Of a DNA stretch of 64,000 nucleotides, positions 25,873 to 34,519 are shown in pieces. The stretch covers positions 1 to 64,000 of the IMG/VR virus record IMGVR_UViG_3300028377_000005. One strand, written 5' to 3'. The notes beneath the pieces are model-generated. The model had not been told where the DNA came from, did no database searches, and saw only the letters and a program-made list of their open reading frames with translations. A program made the position numbers and the translations under genes. The first letter of the stretch is position 1. Each line of letters begins with the position of its first letter. The DNA comes from a virus.

Positions 25873-27078
25873 ATGTCAAAACAAGATTACGAATCACTTG
25901 AAAACATGCTTTATAGGGGCTTCCTCACCTCTGAGGTAGTGGTCGGTGGGGTGCCTATTGTCCTGAAGACCCTCAACCGAGTCGAATACAATTTACTGGA
26001 CCTGCATTCGTTTTCCATGTCGGATGAATGGGAAGATACGGCTAGCTATTTCTTAGCGTACTCTACCCTGTTTTTCAACCACACGAATGTCTTGCCTAAC
26101 CGCCACGAGGTGATCCCCACCTTGGCGGAACACTATCGGTACATGCCTAAGTCCGTGTTGGTGGCCTTGCTTGTTGTCGCCAACCGTATCAACGGTAAGG
26201 CTGCCGAATGCCTCAAACAGGTGCAGGGGTACAGTTATGGTCCTCGGAGCCGCCAGATGTGGCAAATGACAAAAGGGTCTAACCTTTGTGACCCAAAGAT
26301 CACGGGGTTTACGGGTACTGACCAGATGGGCCTTAATATGCACCAGCGGTTGTGGACCTATTTCAACGCGACCGAAGATGATGAAGTTAGTTACCTTCAG
26401 ATGTATGGTTTGGCTAAGTTCGTCGTAAGTCCCCATGCACCCAAAGACGTCAAAAAAATGGACCAGAAGGATCGCAAAAAGATCCGTACACGGGACAAGA
26501 GACGTAAAGCACTGTTTGAAGGGCGGAGTCCGAACCTTATCCAAGAGGACAACCAGATCAAGATTACCAACGAAACAGCGGACGAACTTCTCGACCAGAT
26601 GGAGCGTTCCATTCAGGGAGGTAAAGACTACCACGATTTGGTGATTGAACAGCACCGTAAAAAGATCCACGAGTCTTATGTTCGCCGCCGTGAAGAAGAG
26701 AAAGCCCGGCGTGAAGAAGCCCGCCGCAAGCGGATGGCACAGTATCAGCAAGAACTCGAAAGCGAAATCGACTTTGACGGGTACACCCCGGAAGAGATCG
26801 AACATTACCTCCGTGTGTCAGACCAGAGACGCCGTGAGAATCGCGCTGTTGCCGCCGAGCATACACCTGTCGAAGAACGCGAACGCAACCTTATCCGGTG
26901 GGGATTCATTGATGAGCAAGACGTTCCCGAAACCAGACGCCATTACTATCGTGAAGGTAGTGAGACGGCTGAACGGGGCAATGAGATCGAGAATCCACTC
27001 ATAAAGGATAATTATGAAAGGGTATCCAACGATCTAAATCACCTGCGCCCACCTCGGTGGGACGACGAAGAATCGTGA
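25873..27078 (+). CDS. putative tail assembly chaperone
   Basis: Directly precedes the tape measure gene; N-terminal pattern similar to 24231. Confidence 0.6.
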   Translation: MSKQDYESLENMLYRGFLTSEVVVGGVPIVLKTLNRVEYNLLDLHSFSMSDEWEDTASYFLAYSTLFFNHTNVLPNRHEVIPTLAEHYRYMPKSVLVALLVVANRINGKAAECLKQVQGYSYGPRSRQMWQMTKGSNLCDPKITGFTGTDQMGLNMHQRLWTYFNATEDDEVSYLQMYGLAKFVVSPHAPKDVKKMDQKDRKKIRTRDKRRKALFEGRSPNLIQEDNQIKITNETADELLDQMERSIQGGKDYHDLVIEQHRKKIHESYVRRREEEKARREEARRKRMAQYQQELESEIDFDGYTPEEIEHYLRVSDQRRRENRAVAAEHTPVEERERNLIRWGFIDEQDVPETRRHYYREGSETAERGNEIENPLIKDNYERVSNDLNHLRPPRWDDEES

Positions 27079-27086
27079 TCTAACTT

Positions 27087-30000
27087 ATGGCAAATGACGA
27101 TTTCACAAAGCTGATATTCGAGGTTGAGCAGCAGGGTGCTGCCCGAGTCGAACGGAGTTTCCGAAACATCGAAGGTGGTATCACCTCGGCGCTTCAGGAA
27201 TATAAAAAATTCAATGTAGCTGCAGATCAATCTAGTGATGCTCTTCAGAAAAACACCACGGGGATGCGGAAATCCCTCGGCGCTCTTGAAAAAGTGATCG
27301 TCAAGACACGTGATAAATACTCTGGAATGTTCACGGGAGGTAAGCTCCGCCGCCAAGAAAAGCGAGTCCGGGAAATCACAAAGGAGATGGACAAGCTGTC
27401 AAAGGTCATGGCTTCGGGTAGTGAAGAGCAAAAAAAAATGGCCCGTGAACGTTTAGAGGACCTCAAGAAGGCTGCTGATTTTGAAGCGGCACAGACCGGA
27501 AAAGTGTTTCAGGAGCACAAAAAAGAATTCGATAAACTTGTCAACACGGAAAAGAAATCCCTTGCTTCATTGAGCAAAGAGGCAATGGGCGGGGGACTCC
27601 GGGGAATCAACCAGCTTCGTCAAGGCAATATATCCGGTTTCGCAGACACAGTTAAGGGTGGGGTTAGAAAAGGCGGTGAGCAAGCACGTAAACGTTCGTT
27701 TGACGCCGAGATGATGGGGGGTAAAGGGGCCGGAAAAGCTAACAAAAAACTCATGAAACTCCTAAAGACCTTCGGGAAAATGGCTGGGGGTATCGCTTTA
27801 TTTGTGGGTGCGGCTGCGGCACTGGTCAAGATGTTCCTCGCCCTTGATCAAAAAATTGCGGACGTCAATAAATCAATGCTCAAGAACGTGTCATTGGTCG
27901 AAATGTCGAGTAGTCAATACTCAAGCATGGGTGAACGGATAGCCGACGCCGAATCGGCTATGCAAGATTTCCGGGATACGGTAATGACCAATGCTGATCT
28001 CCGTATGCTTGGCATGAAAGAAGAGGATATGGCTAGCACCCTGCAATCCCTTAACGAACAGGGGATGTTGTTGGGGGACCTTCGGGCACAGGGACATGAC
28101 GCTGTCGACGCATTGGAAACCGCACAAGTGGCCGCTTTGAACCTCGGGGTGGACGCAAGCGAAACAGCATCTTTGATCGGAAAGTTGGCAGACGTATCCT
28201 CTGAATCCTTTGAGGAGGCAAAAGCGTCACTCACCCAAGTTATTTCGTTTGCACATGAAGCCGGTGTCGCGCCCAAAAAACTTTTCAGCGTTGTATCGGA
28301 CCTTATCCCTCAAATGGGCCTGTTCAATTACAGGATCGAAGATACGGCGGCCTTGTTCAGTAAGCTGTCGAACGTAATGGACGCCAAGAGCGCCGAAGAG
28401 TTTACCAATTCGCTTTCAACTGCCCTTAAAGACGCTTCGGCACTGGAACGCTCTACTACGGTGGTTGTCAACGGGTTGGGTAAGGTCGGTGAGATGGCTG
28501 ACCGCACTCAGAAAAGACTGGCAAAGGCGCTTGATACTGACGAAATGAAAAAGGCGTTTAAGAAGCTCGGCCAAGGGGACATATACGAGGAACTAGGTTT
28601 CGAAGGTGCAATGAAAAAGCTCTCTACGGACCAGAAGAACCGGTTGCAATCTTTGGTCAATGATATGAGTAAGGCCGCTGGCACGGCTACAGGTGAAGAG
28701 CTTAGGAAATTCAGGGGGATCCTCGAAGCTAACCGTAATAGCGTTATGGAGATGCAAGGCATTACGATGGACTTCGCTCTTGGTGACCAGATCGCTTTGC
28801 AGATTGGGGAACTCGAAGGCAAGCTCCGAATGCCTCTTGAAAATATGAACTCTGTATTGGCTGAAAGTCAAGGTGTCAGCGAAGCCCAACTTCGTATGAT
28901 GAAAGCAATGAAAAGTGATCTTAGCGGGGATCTAAGTCGCCTCCGTGCAGCCGCTGAGGAAAACGAGGATGATCCTGAATCATTCAAAAAGGTCGCTGAG
29001 TCAATGGGGTATAGCGTTGAACTCAGTGAGGTTCAAAACGGTAAGCTCGATGAATGGACCGACCTTCTTGGGGTCATGACAAAAGACAAGCAAGACAAGA
29101 TAATCGAGGAACAAGAAAAGCAAAAGACCCATGCTGAAAAGTCGGCGGAGATGCAACGCTCCATCCTCGACACGATAAAATATAAATTGCTTGATTTTGT
29201 GTCCGGGATGTACAAGACCCTTCTGGGCATTTACGACTTTTTGCTCAGCACTCCGTGGGGCGGTTCGGACGAAGAAAGAGCACGGGTGGCGGCTCAAAGA
29301 CGTGAAATGGAATTGAAAAATGAACTCAACAACAGGGAAAAGACCCTTGATAAAGCCAAGGAGTCTGGCGATAAAGAAAAAATTAGAACAGCGAAACTAG
29401 ATCTCGAAGAAATTGAAATGCAACTTGCCGGGAAAGGAGCTAAAGAGGCCCAGAAAAAGGTTGCTGAAGCAAAGGCCATCCCCACGGTAAGTTCGGTTGA
29501 TGAATACGAAGATGTGAAGTTCGCGGGGGAGCAACAAGCCAAGGCCAGCGGGAAACTCGGTGGAAAGCATTTCCGGTATGAGGGAAGTCCTAACCTTGAA
29601 AACTTTCAGGGTATGGAAAGTGCTGATTACGGGAAGCTCAAATCGGCAGTCCATGACGGAAAAGTCATTAAAGATCCCGTAGAGCTTAAAAAGTTTGTAG
29701 AGCAACTTTCTAAAGATGGGGTTGCCCGAACCAAGCTAGAAGAGAAGCTCAAAGCGGAAGCCGAAAAAGGAAACATCACAGCAACGCAACAGAAAAAAAT
29801 CCTCGATGATACGTACCAGACGTTAGCAAAGGACGGGATCAAGGTTGATAAGTCTACTCTTCGAGAGTGGGCAAAAACGTTTGTTGATGAACAGCGGTAT
29901 GCGGAGATGATCAACGAACTGATGCGTGTTGGCGGGTACAGAAAAGATGAAGCCCAGAATTTCGTTTCAAAGTACAAAGCGGGAGATAAGGATTTCTTAG

Positions 30001-30389
30001 CGGCGGCAAAGAAAAAGGGAAGCACCGGCATTGCGATGGAAACGGTCATGGAGCACTATGGCGTCCAACCGGGATCAACGAAACAAGTAAAACCGAAAAA
30101 AGGTTATGATGCGAAAATGGTCACGGCAGGTATTCCTTTCTTGGACCTCCAAGAAGGGGATATCATTGTAGATCAGGAATCCCTTGCCACCACTTTGGCA
30201 GGTGGTAAAGGGGACTATGTGCCAGACCTTATCCGCAAAAGCGCTGGAGGAAAGGGTGGGGGCGGTGGTGCTGGGGGCGGTAATACGATGCACGCAAACT
30301 TCAACATTTACGGTGGCGACGTTTCAAAAATCCGCGAATCCATCCTGAAAGTGATCGAAGAATGGGAGCGGAAGCGTTCTACGTCGTAA
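27087..30389 (+). CDS. tail tape measure protein
   Basis: 1100 aa, helical, Ala/Lys/Glu-rich, with hydrophobic segment GGIALFVGAAAALV; canonical position. Confidence 0.85.
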   Translation: MANDDFTKLIFEVEQQGAARVERSFRNIEGGITSALQEYKKFNVAADQSSDALQKNTTGMRKSLGALEKVIVKTRDKYSGMFTGGKLRRQEKRVREITKEMDKLSKVMASGSEEQKKMARERLEDLKKAADFEAAQTGKVFQEHKKEFDKLVNTEKKSLASLSKEAMGGGLRGINQLRQGNISGFADTVKGGVRKGGEQARKRSFDAEMMGGKGAGKANKKLMKLLKTFGKMAGGIALFVGAAAALVKMFLALDQKIADVNKSMLKNVSLVEMSSSQYSSMGERIADAESAMQDFRDTVMTNADLRMLGMKEEDMASTLQSLNEQGMLLGDLRAQGHDAVDALETAQVAALNLGVDASETASLIGKLADVSSESFEEAKASLTQVISFAHEAGVAPKKLFSVVSDLIPQMGLFNYRIEDTAALFSKLSNVMDAKSAEEFTNSLSTALKDASALERSTTVVVNGLGKVGEMADRTQKRLAKALDTDEMKKAFKKLGQGDIYEELGFEGAMKKLSTDQKNRLQSLVNDMSKAAGTATGEELRKFRGILEANRNSVMEMQGITMDFALGDQIALQIGELEGKLRMPLENMNSVLAESQGVSEAQLRMMKAMKSDLSGDLSRLRAAAEENEDDPESFKKVAESMGYSVELSEVQNGKLDEWTDLLGVMTKDKQDKIIEEQEKQKTHAEKSAEMQRSILDTIKYKLLDFVSGMYKTLLGIYDFLLSTPWGGSDEERARVAAQRREMELKNELNNREKTLDKAKESGDKEKIRTAKLDLEEIEMQLAGKGAKEAQKKVAEAKAIPTVSSVDEYEDVKFAGEQQAKASGKLGGKHFRYEGSPNLENFQGMESADYGKLKSAVHDGKVIKDPVELKKFVEQLSKDGVARTKLEEKLKAEAEKGNITATQQKKILDDTYQTLAKDGIKVDKSTLREWAKTFVDEQRYAEMINELMRVGGYRKDEAQNFVSKYKAGDKDFLAAAKKKGSTGIAMETVMEHYGVQPGSTKQVKPKKGYDAKMVTAGIPFLDLQEGDIIVDQESLATTLAGGKGDYVPDLIRKSAGGKGGGGGAGGGNTMHANFNIYGGDVSKIRESILKVIEEWERKRSTS

Positions 30390-30402
30390 GGGAGTTTGAC
30401 CT

Positions 30403-30954
30403 ATGCCAAATGGATATCCAGTTGCCTCTGTGCCGAGCGCATTTAACGGGCCAAACGACCAGCGTGGGAAAATACCTCTGTTGTTTCAGGTATTGTCGAT
30501 CGACCACGAGTCCTTGCTTTTACCCGAAGCGATGTACCTCCACGTCAACCCCACCTCACTGAGCTTCAGCTATACCAAGATCATTGAGCGGTTCCAGACG
30601 AAAGGTGGGTGGCAAGAGCAGCATTTCGGGGATCAAATGAGTGAGATATCGGCAGACGTGACCTCCGGTGGTTTCGTGAATGTGGACACGGGGATGGCGG
30701 TCCAAAATCGCCGGGACACGATCGCTTACGAGAAATTTCAGCACTTGGTTGAACTGTTCCACAACAACGGGTTGGTTTTCGATACCCGTGGCAACGTACA
30801 GTACCGAGGCCGCATCCGCCTCATGTTCGAAGGTGGCATTTACGACGGGTCTTTCCGAAGCCTTAACATCAACGAAACCGCCTCTTCACCGTTCCAATTC
30901 ACGGCGGATTTTTCTTTCCGAGTGGAGAAGGAAGTTACCAGCTTGCTCGTGTAA
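30403..30954 (+). CDS. putative tail tube initiator/baseplate protein
   Basis: LHVNPTSLSFSY...EQHFGDQ...YDGSF..LNI.E...PFQF pattern; follows the tape measure gene. Confidence 0.65.
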   Translation: MPNGYPVASVPSAFNGPNDQRGKIPLLFQVLSIDHESLLLPEAMYLHVNPTSLSFSYTKIIERFQTKGGWQEQHFGDQMSEISADVTSGGFVNVDTGMAVQNRRDTIAYEKFQHLVELFHNNGLVFDTRGNVQYRGRIRLMFEGGIYDGSFRSLNINETASSPFQFTADFSFRVEKEVTSLLV

Positions 30955-30964
30955 GGGAACCCCT

Positions 30965-32203
30965 ATGGCGGATAATGAAAACCAAGACGTATTACGGGTC
31001 CTGTTAGATGAGCCGATCACCCCGGACACCGAGGCAAAGGTAACGTCGAAATTCACTAAAGCCCGCTCCACGGTGGGCGACTTTGCCCGGTTGGTGTCGG
31101 GTAACGGCTATGACTTCCGGGCGTTCCCCTCCCCCGTTCAAGCCGTGGCTCATGCCCGAACTCCGCTGATCCCGATGCTTATCTCAGTGGTGCCCCCGGA
31201 CAATTTCCCCACCGGCGAAACCTCTACGAAAAAAGTCCATGCGCCAATGGAACAGGATGTGGCGCTCACGACCATGACCGAGCGTTTCCGGCCCCAAGCC
31301 GGTGGTGCCAGAAACATCACACGCATCATCCCCACGAGTCCTGAACGGGCGGAGCGAATTGACGCCTTGCGCCAACAGCTTGAGGACGATGAAAATCTGA
31401 GCGCTGAGGATAAAGCAGAGATCCGAAGGGAAGTTACCGATCTCCAGCGCGCCGCACGGTACATTGAAGTCGAAGTGCCGGAAAGCACTCCAGCCGGTCA
31501 AGAGCAACAAATCGAACGCACCGATGAGTATTTGCGTGGGATGCGGAACCGGTACGAAGATTTCCAGCGGTCGTCCCGTGAATCACGCAGTCGTATCGCT
31601 ACTTTGAACACCCCAATCACAGGGCCTAATCGTCGTGAACGCAAAGACCCTTTTGCCGACAACCACGAGATCAAAGACGCCCGTAAACGGCAAGTAGCCG
31701 ACGACCTTGATTACCTTCGGGAGCAAGCTCTTAGGATGCGGGAGATGCCGCCCCTGTTTATGTACGTCAACCCTACGACCTTTTCCCGGACCTACGAACA
31801 TATCGTATCCGACGCAAACAAAGTGCGTCACGGCTTCAGTATCGAAAACTGGGGCGAACAAATGCCCAAGATCCAAGCTACTGGACAAGTGGGAGCCTTC
31901 TACGTCAACGATAAGGACAAGCTAGGGCGAGGGTCTGGCGGTCTTGCTGTAGGGTCACGTAAGGGGTCTTACGCTTACCAGCAGTTCCTCTCCCTCTATC
32001 AAGTGTACCGAAGCAACGGTTACATTTACAACACGCAACAAAGGATCTCCCTTGTGGGGGCGATCTCCATTTTTTACGACGGCACTATTTACACGGGTTC
32101 TTTCGACTCTTTTTCGATCACGCAATCCGAAGACAAGCCGTTCACGTTCGATTACAATTTCGCTTTCACCGTCCGTTTCGAACAATCCATGAAGAGCATT
32201 TAA
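30965..32203 (+). CDS. putative tube initiator/baseplate protein; C-terminal domain paralogous to 30403..30954
   Basis: MYVNPTTFSRTY...IENWGEQ...YTGSFDSFSITQ..KPFTF. Confidence 0.65.
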   Translation: MADNENQDVLRVLLDEPITPDTEAKVTSKFTKARSTVGDFARLVSGNGYDFRAFPSPVQAVAHARTPLIPMLISVVPPDNFPTGETSTKKVHAPMEQDVALTTMTERFRPQAGGARNITRIIPTSPERAERIDALRQQLEDDENLSAEDKAEIRREVTDLQRAARYIEVEVPESTPAGQEQQIERTDEYLRGMRNRYEDFQRSSRESRSRIATLNTPITGPNRRERKDPFADNHEIKDARKRQVADDLDYLREQALRMREMPPLFMYVNPTTFSRTYEHIVSDANKVRHGFSIENWGEQMPKIQATGQVGAFYVNDKDKLGRGSGGLAVGSRKGSYAYQQFLSLYQVYRSNGYIYNTQQRISLVGAISIFYDGTIYTGSFDSFSITQSEDKPFTFDYNFAFTVRFEQSMKSI

Positions 32204-32619
32204 TGCCCCTCCTCTTGTCCAAAGAGCATTACCGGCCCGGCGAACTTCTTGTGTATGGGTTTGCAACCTATGAGCATTGGGAAGGTGAGCTTGAGCCGTC
32301 ATTCATGTTTCGCCTTGGTACCTATGAAAAGTCGGAAACCTTGTCCGACACGGGAAAGACCCGACACCTCATAGCCATGAAAGCTAGCATGTACTGCAAG
32401 GCGTCCAGTTACGCCGGTAATCGGTTTTACGTACCTACGGGAGCGCTTAGTCAAGTGGGGTGTGAAAGTCTTTTAGGGGCCGTGTGCGGGCCTCTGAACT
32501 GTGACGACCCTTACGAGATGAAAGCCTACCTCAAGCAAGTGATCAAAAAGTACCGTTCCCGCTTCCGAGACGATATTATGCAATTAGCCCTTTGCCTTGT
32601 GAGTAGCGAGGACGAGTGA
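32203..32619 (+). CDS. paralog array member 1 (unknown function)
   Basis: LLGAVCG...DPYEMKAYLKQVIKKY. Confidence 0.8.
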   Translation: MPLLLSKEHYRPGELLVYGFATYEHWEGELEPSFMFRLGTYEKSETLSDTGKTRHLIAMKASMYCKASSYAGNRFYVPTGALSQVGCESLLGAVCGPLNCDDPYEMKAYLKQVIKKYRSRFRDDIMQLALCLVSSEDE

Positions 32620-32620
32620 T

Positions 32621-33103
32621 ATGCCTCTGATCCGCAAAAAAGAACGGTTTCGCAAAGGCGACTTGATCGTCTGGTATTCCATCGACTTTGAAGAGGTCGA
32701 AGAAAGTATCGGTAGCCCTTTGCAGGTCTATCCGTTCTGTGAGGTGTCGGTCGGTATTTACCAAGGGGTTGTTCTGGGCAATCCACACCCATTTTGGGTG
32801 GGCTTGGGGACTACAGAGGGGCTTACCTTTATCCGGGCGGACGAACGTGGTTCGTTATATTTCGAAGCAAAAGATTATGCCGGTGCTTTATTTTACCCCC
32901 ACCCTGACCAAAGTAAGTGGTCGTTTTTAGAGGTCATTGATTCCGAACTGATCTTGGGCACCGTGTGTGGTACTTTAGAATGCTCAGATCCTTATGAGGT
33001 GCGGTCTTACCTCAAGCAAGTGATCCAACAGTACCGACCGTTTTTCATCGAAGAAATGACGCTGATGCTTCGGGATATTTGGGACGAGGACGAGGAGATC
33101 TGA
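32621..33103 (+). CDS. paralog array member 2
   Basis: ILGTVCG...DPYEVRSYLKQVIQQY. Confidence 0.8.
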   Translation: MPLIRKKERFRKGDLIVWYSIDFEEVEESIGSPLQVYPFCEVSVGIYQGVVLGNPHPFWVGLGTTEGLTFIRADERGSLYFEAKDYAGALFYPHPDQSKWSFLEVIDSELILGTVCGTLECSDPYEVRSYLKQVIQQYRPFFIEEMTLMLRDIWDEDEEI

Positions 33104-33104
33104 T

Positions 33105-33533
33105 ATGTCAATACTCATCGACAAGTCGAAGGTCCAAGTAGATGATTTCCTCGTCGAAGTCTACATCATGTGTATCCCCAAAGAGGGTGATCCCGTCCCA
33201 CGTATCGTCGAACTCACCCTGTTGCAGTTTGTCGGCTTTGATGATTTCATAACGGATAAAGATCACGTCGTCACGAGGTTGGGTACGTTACATTTCACCC
33301 CATACCGAGGGGGTGGGTTCAGCGGCGTGCATTACGTTTCACATTCGGGCGTGTATAGGCACTATGCGACGGAAGAACGCATCATGGGTGTGATTCCGGG
33401 CGGTATAGATCATCTTGACACGTATACCGTTAAGCAGTACCTTCGCCGGGTTGCAAAAGGGTACCATTCTTACCTGTACGATCTTTCGATGAAAAAATGG
33501 TACGATCGCTATTGCGAGACTGAGGATCAATAA
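33105..33533 (+). CDS. paralog array member 3
   Basis: IMGVIPG...DTYTVKQYLRRVAKGY. Confidence 0.8.
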   Translation: MSILIDKSKVQVDDFLVEVYIMCIPKEGDPVPRIVELTLLQFVGFDDFITDKDHVVTRLGTLHFTPYRGGGFSGVHYVSHSGVYRHYATEERIMGVIPGGIDHLDTYTVKQYLRRVAKGYHSYLYDLSMKKWYDRYCETEDQ

Positions 33534-33977
33534 ATGCCTTTACTAGTGCAAGGGAAAATCAGACCCTGCGATTGGGTGGTTGAGGTGTTTCCCGTCCATT
33601 CAGGGAGGGAACTAGGCAACGGCATGATCCGGTTTACTTCCGATCATAGGGTCCAACTCCTTTTGACTTACATAACCCGTAAATGTATCCCCCGCAGTCC
33701 GAGCGAACGGGGCATGTTGGTAGGGGATCGAAAAGGGAGCATTGAAGTGATGCCTTGCAGTGGTGGGATACGGGGCTACGAGGCTAAGTCCTATGTGCGG
33801 GATGCTCAGTTGATAAACCCCAAGAATTGTTTGGGGAAAATGCTAGGTAAACCCCCTGCGGACCCTTACGAAATGTCGTGTTACCTGAAAAGGGTCGCTT
33901 CCTATTATCACAGCGTATTGTATGATATAGCTTCCAAAGATTGGTTTGACGACTTTCAAAAGCGGGAAGACGCATGA
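33534..33977 (+). CDS. paralog array member 4
   Basis: CLGKMLG...DPYEMSCYLKRVASYY. Confidence 0.8.
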   Translation: MPLLVQGKIRPCDWVVEVFPVHSGRELGNGMIRFTSDHRVQLLLTYITRKCIPRSPSERGMLVGDRKGSIEVMPCSGGIRGYEAKSYVRDAQLINPKNCLGKMLGKPPADPYEMSCYLKRVASYYHSVLYDIASKDWFDDFQKREDA

Positions 33978-34273
33978 GCTACGCCCTTTACATCGACGAC
34001 GAGCGCAGCCCTAAGACCGAGCGTGATTGGGTGGTGGTTCGTACCTATAATGCGTTTGTAACGACTATCGAGGAACGGGGGATGCCTGAACACATTTCCT
34101 TCGACCACGACCTCGGTGAAGACGAGCCAACTGGATACGACTGTGCTAAATGGCTGGTGGAGCAGGGTTACGTTCCGCAAAGCTATAATGTCCACAGTGC
34201 AAATCCAGTTGGTGCGGAAAACATTCGCGGGTTGTTGGATAATTGGATCCGTTTCAACCGGGAAAACGATTAA
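33974..34273 (+). CDS. cyclic-phosphate-processing receiver-domain protein
   Basis: LYIDDER.P, ISFDHDLG, TGYDCAKWL, VHSANPVG motifs. Confidence 0.85.
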   Translation: MSYALYIDDERSPKTERDWVVVRTYNAFVTTIEERGMPEHISFDHDLGEDEPTGYDCAKWLVEQGYVPQSYNVHSANPVGAENIRGLLDNWIRFNREND

Positions 34274-34457
34274 CCAGTTAGCCGCCTTGCTCTTGATTGA
34301 ATCAATCGCCCTCGCCCTCCTTGGCCCCGCATCAACTGGCATTCTCATCGCAGGAAAAGCATGGCCTAACAGCACGTTTTCCAAGGTGCTGTTCTATTTT
34401 TTGGTGCTGTTTTTGGGGTGGGCGTCTTTCGAGCTTCACCTGATCTCGATCACATAA
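34116..34457 (+). CDS. small two-TM membrane protein (true start probably near 34240-34270)
   Basis: Hydrophobic C-terminal about 60 aa fills the gap; start unclear. Confidence 0.45.
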   Translation: MKTSQLDTTVLNGWWSRVTFRKAIMSTVQIQLVRKTFAGCWIIGSVSTGKTINQLAALLLIESIALALLGPASTGILIAGKAWPNSTFSKVLFYFLVLFLGWASFELHLISIT

Positions 34458-34483
34458 TGCGTCTATATGTTGCTCCGTATAGA
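34455..34483 (+). promoter_or_regulatory. putative late promoter (TAATGCGTCTAT-N13-TAGA)
   Basis: Recurrent motif upstream of the hub gene. Confidence 0.5.
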
Positions 34484-34519
34484 CGAACATGAACGGTTGA
34501 GTTTAGTGAGTGGAGCAGC

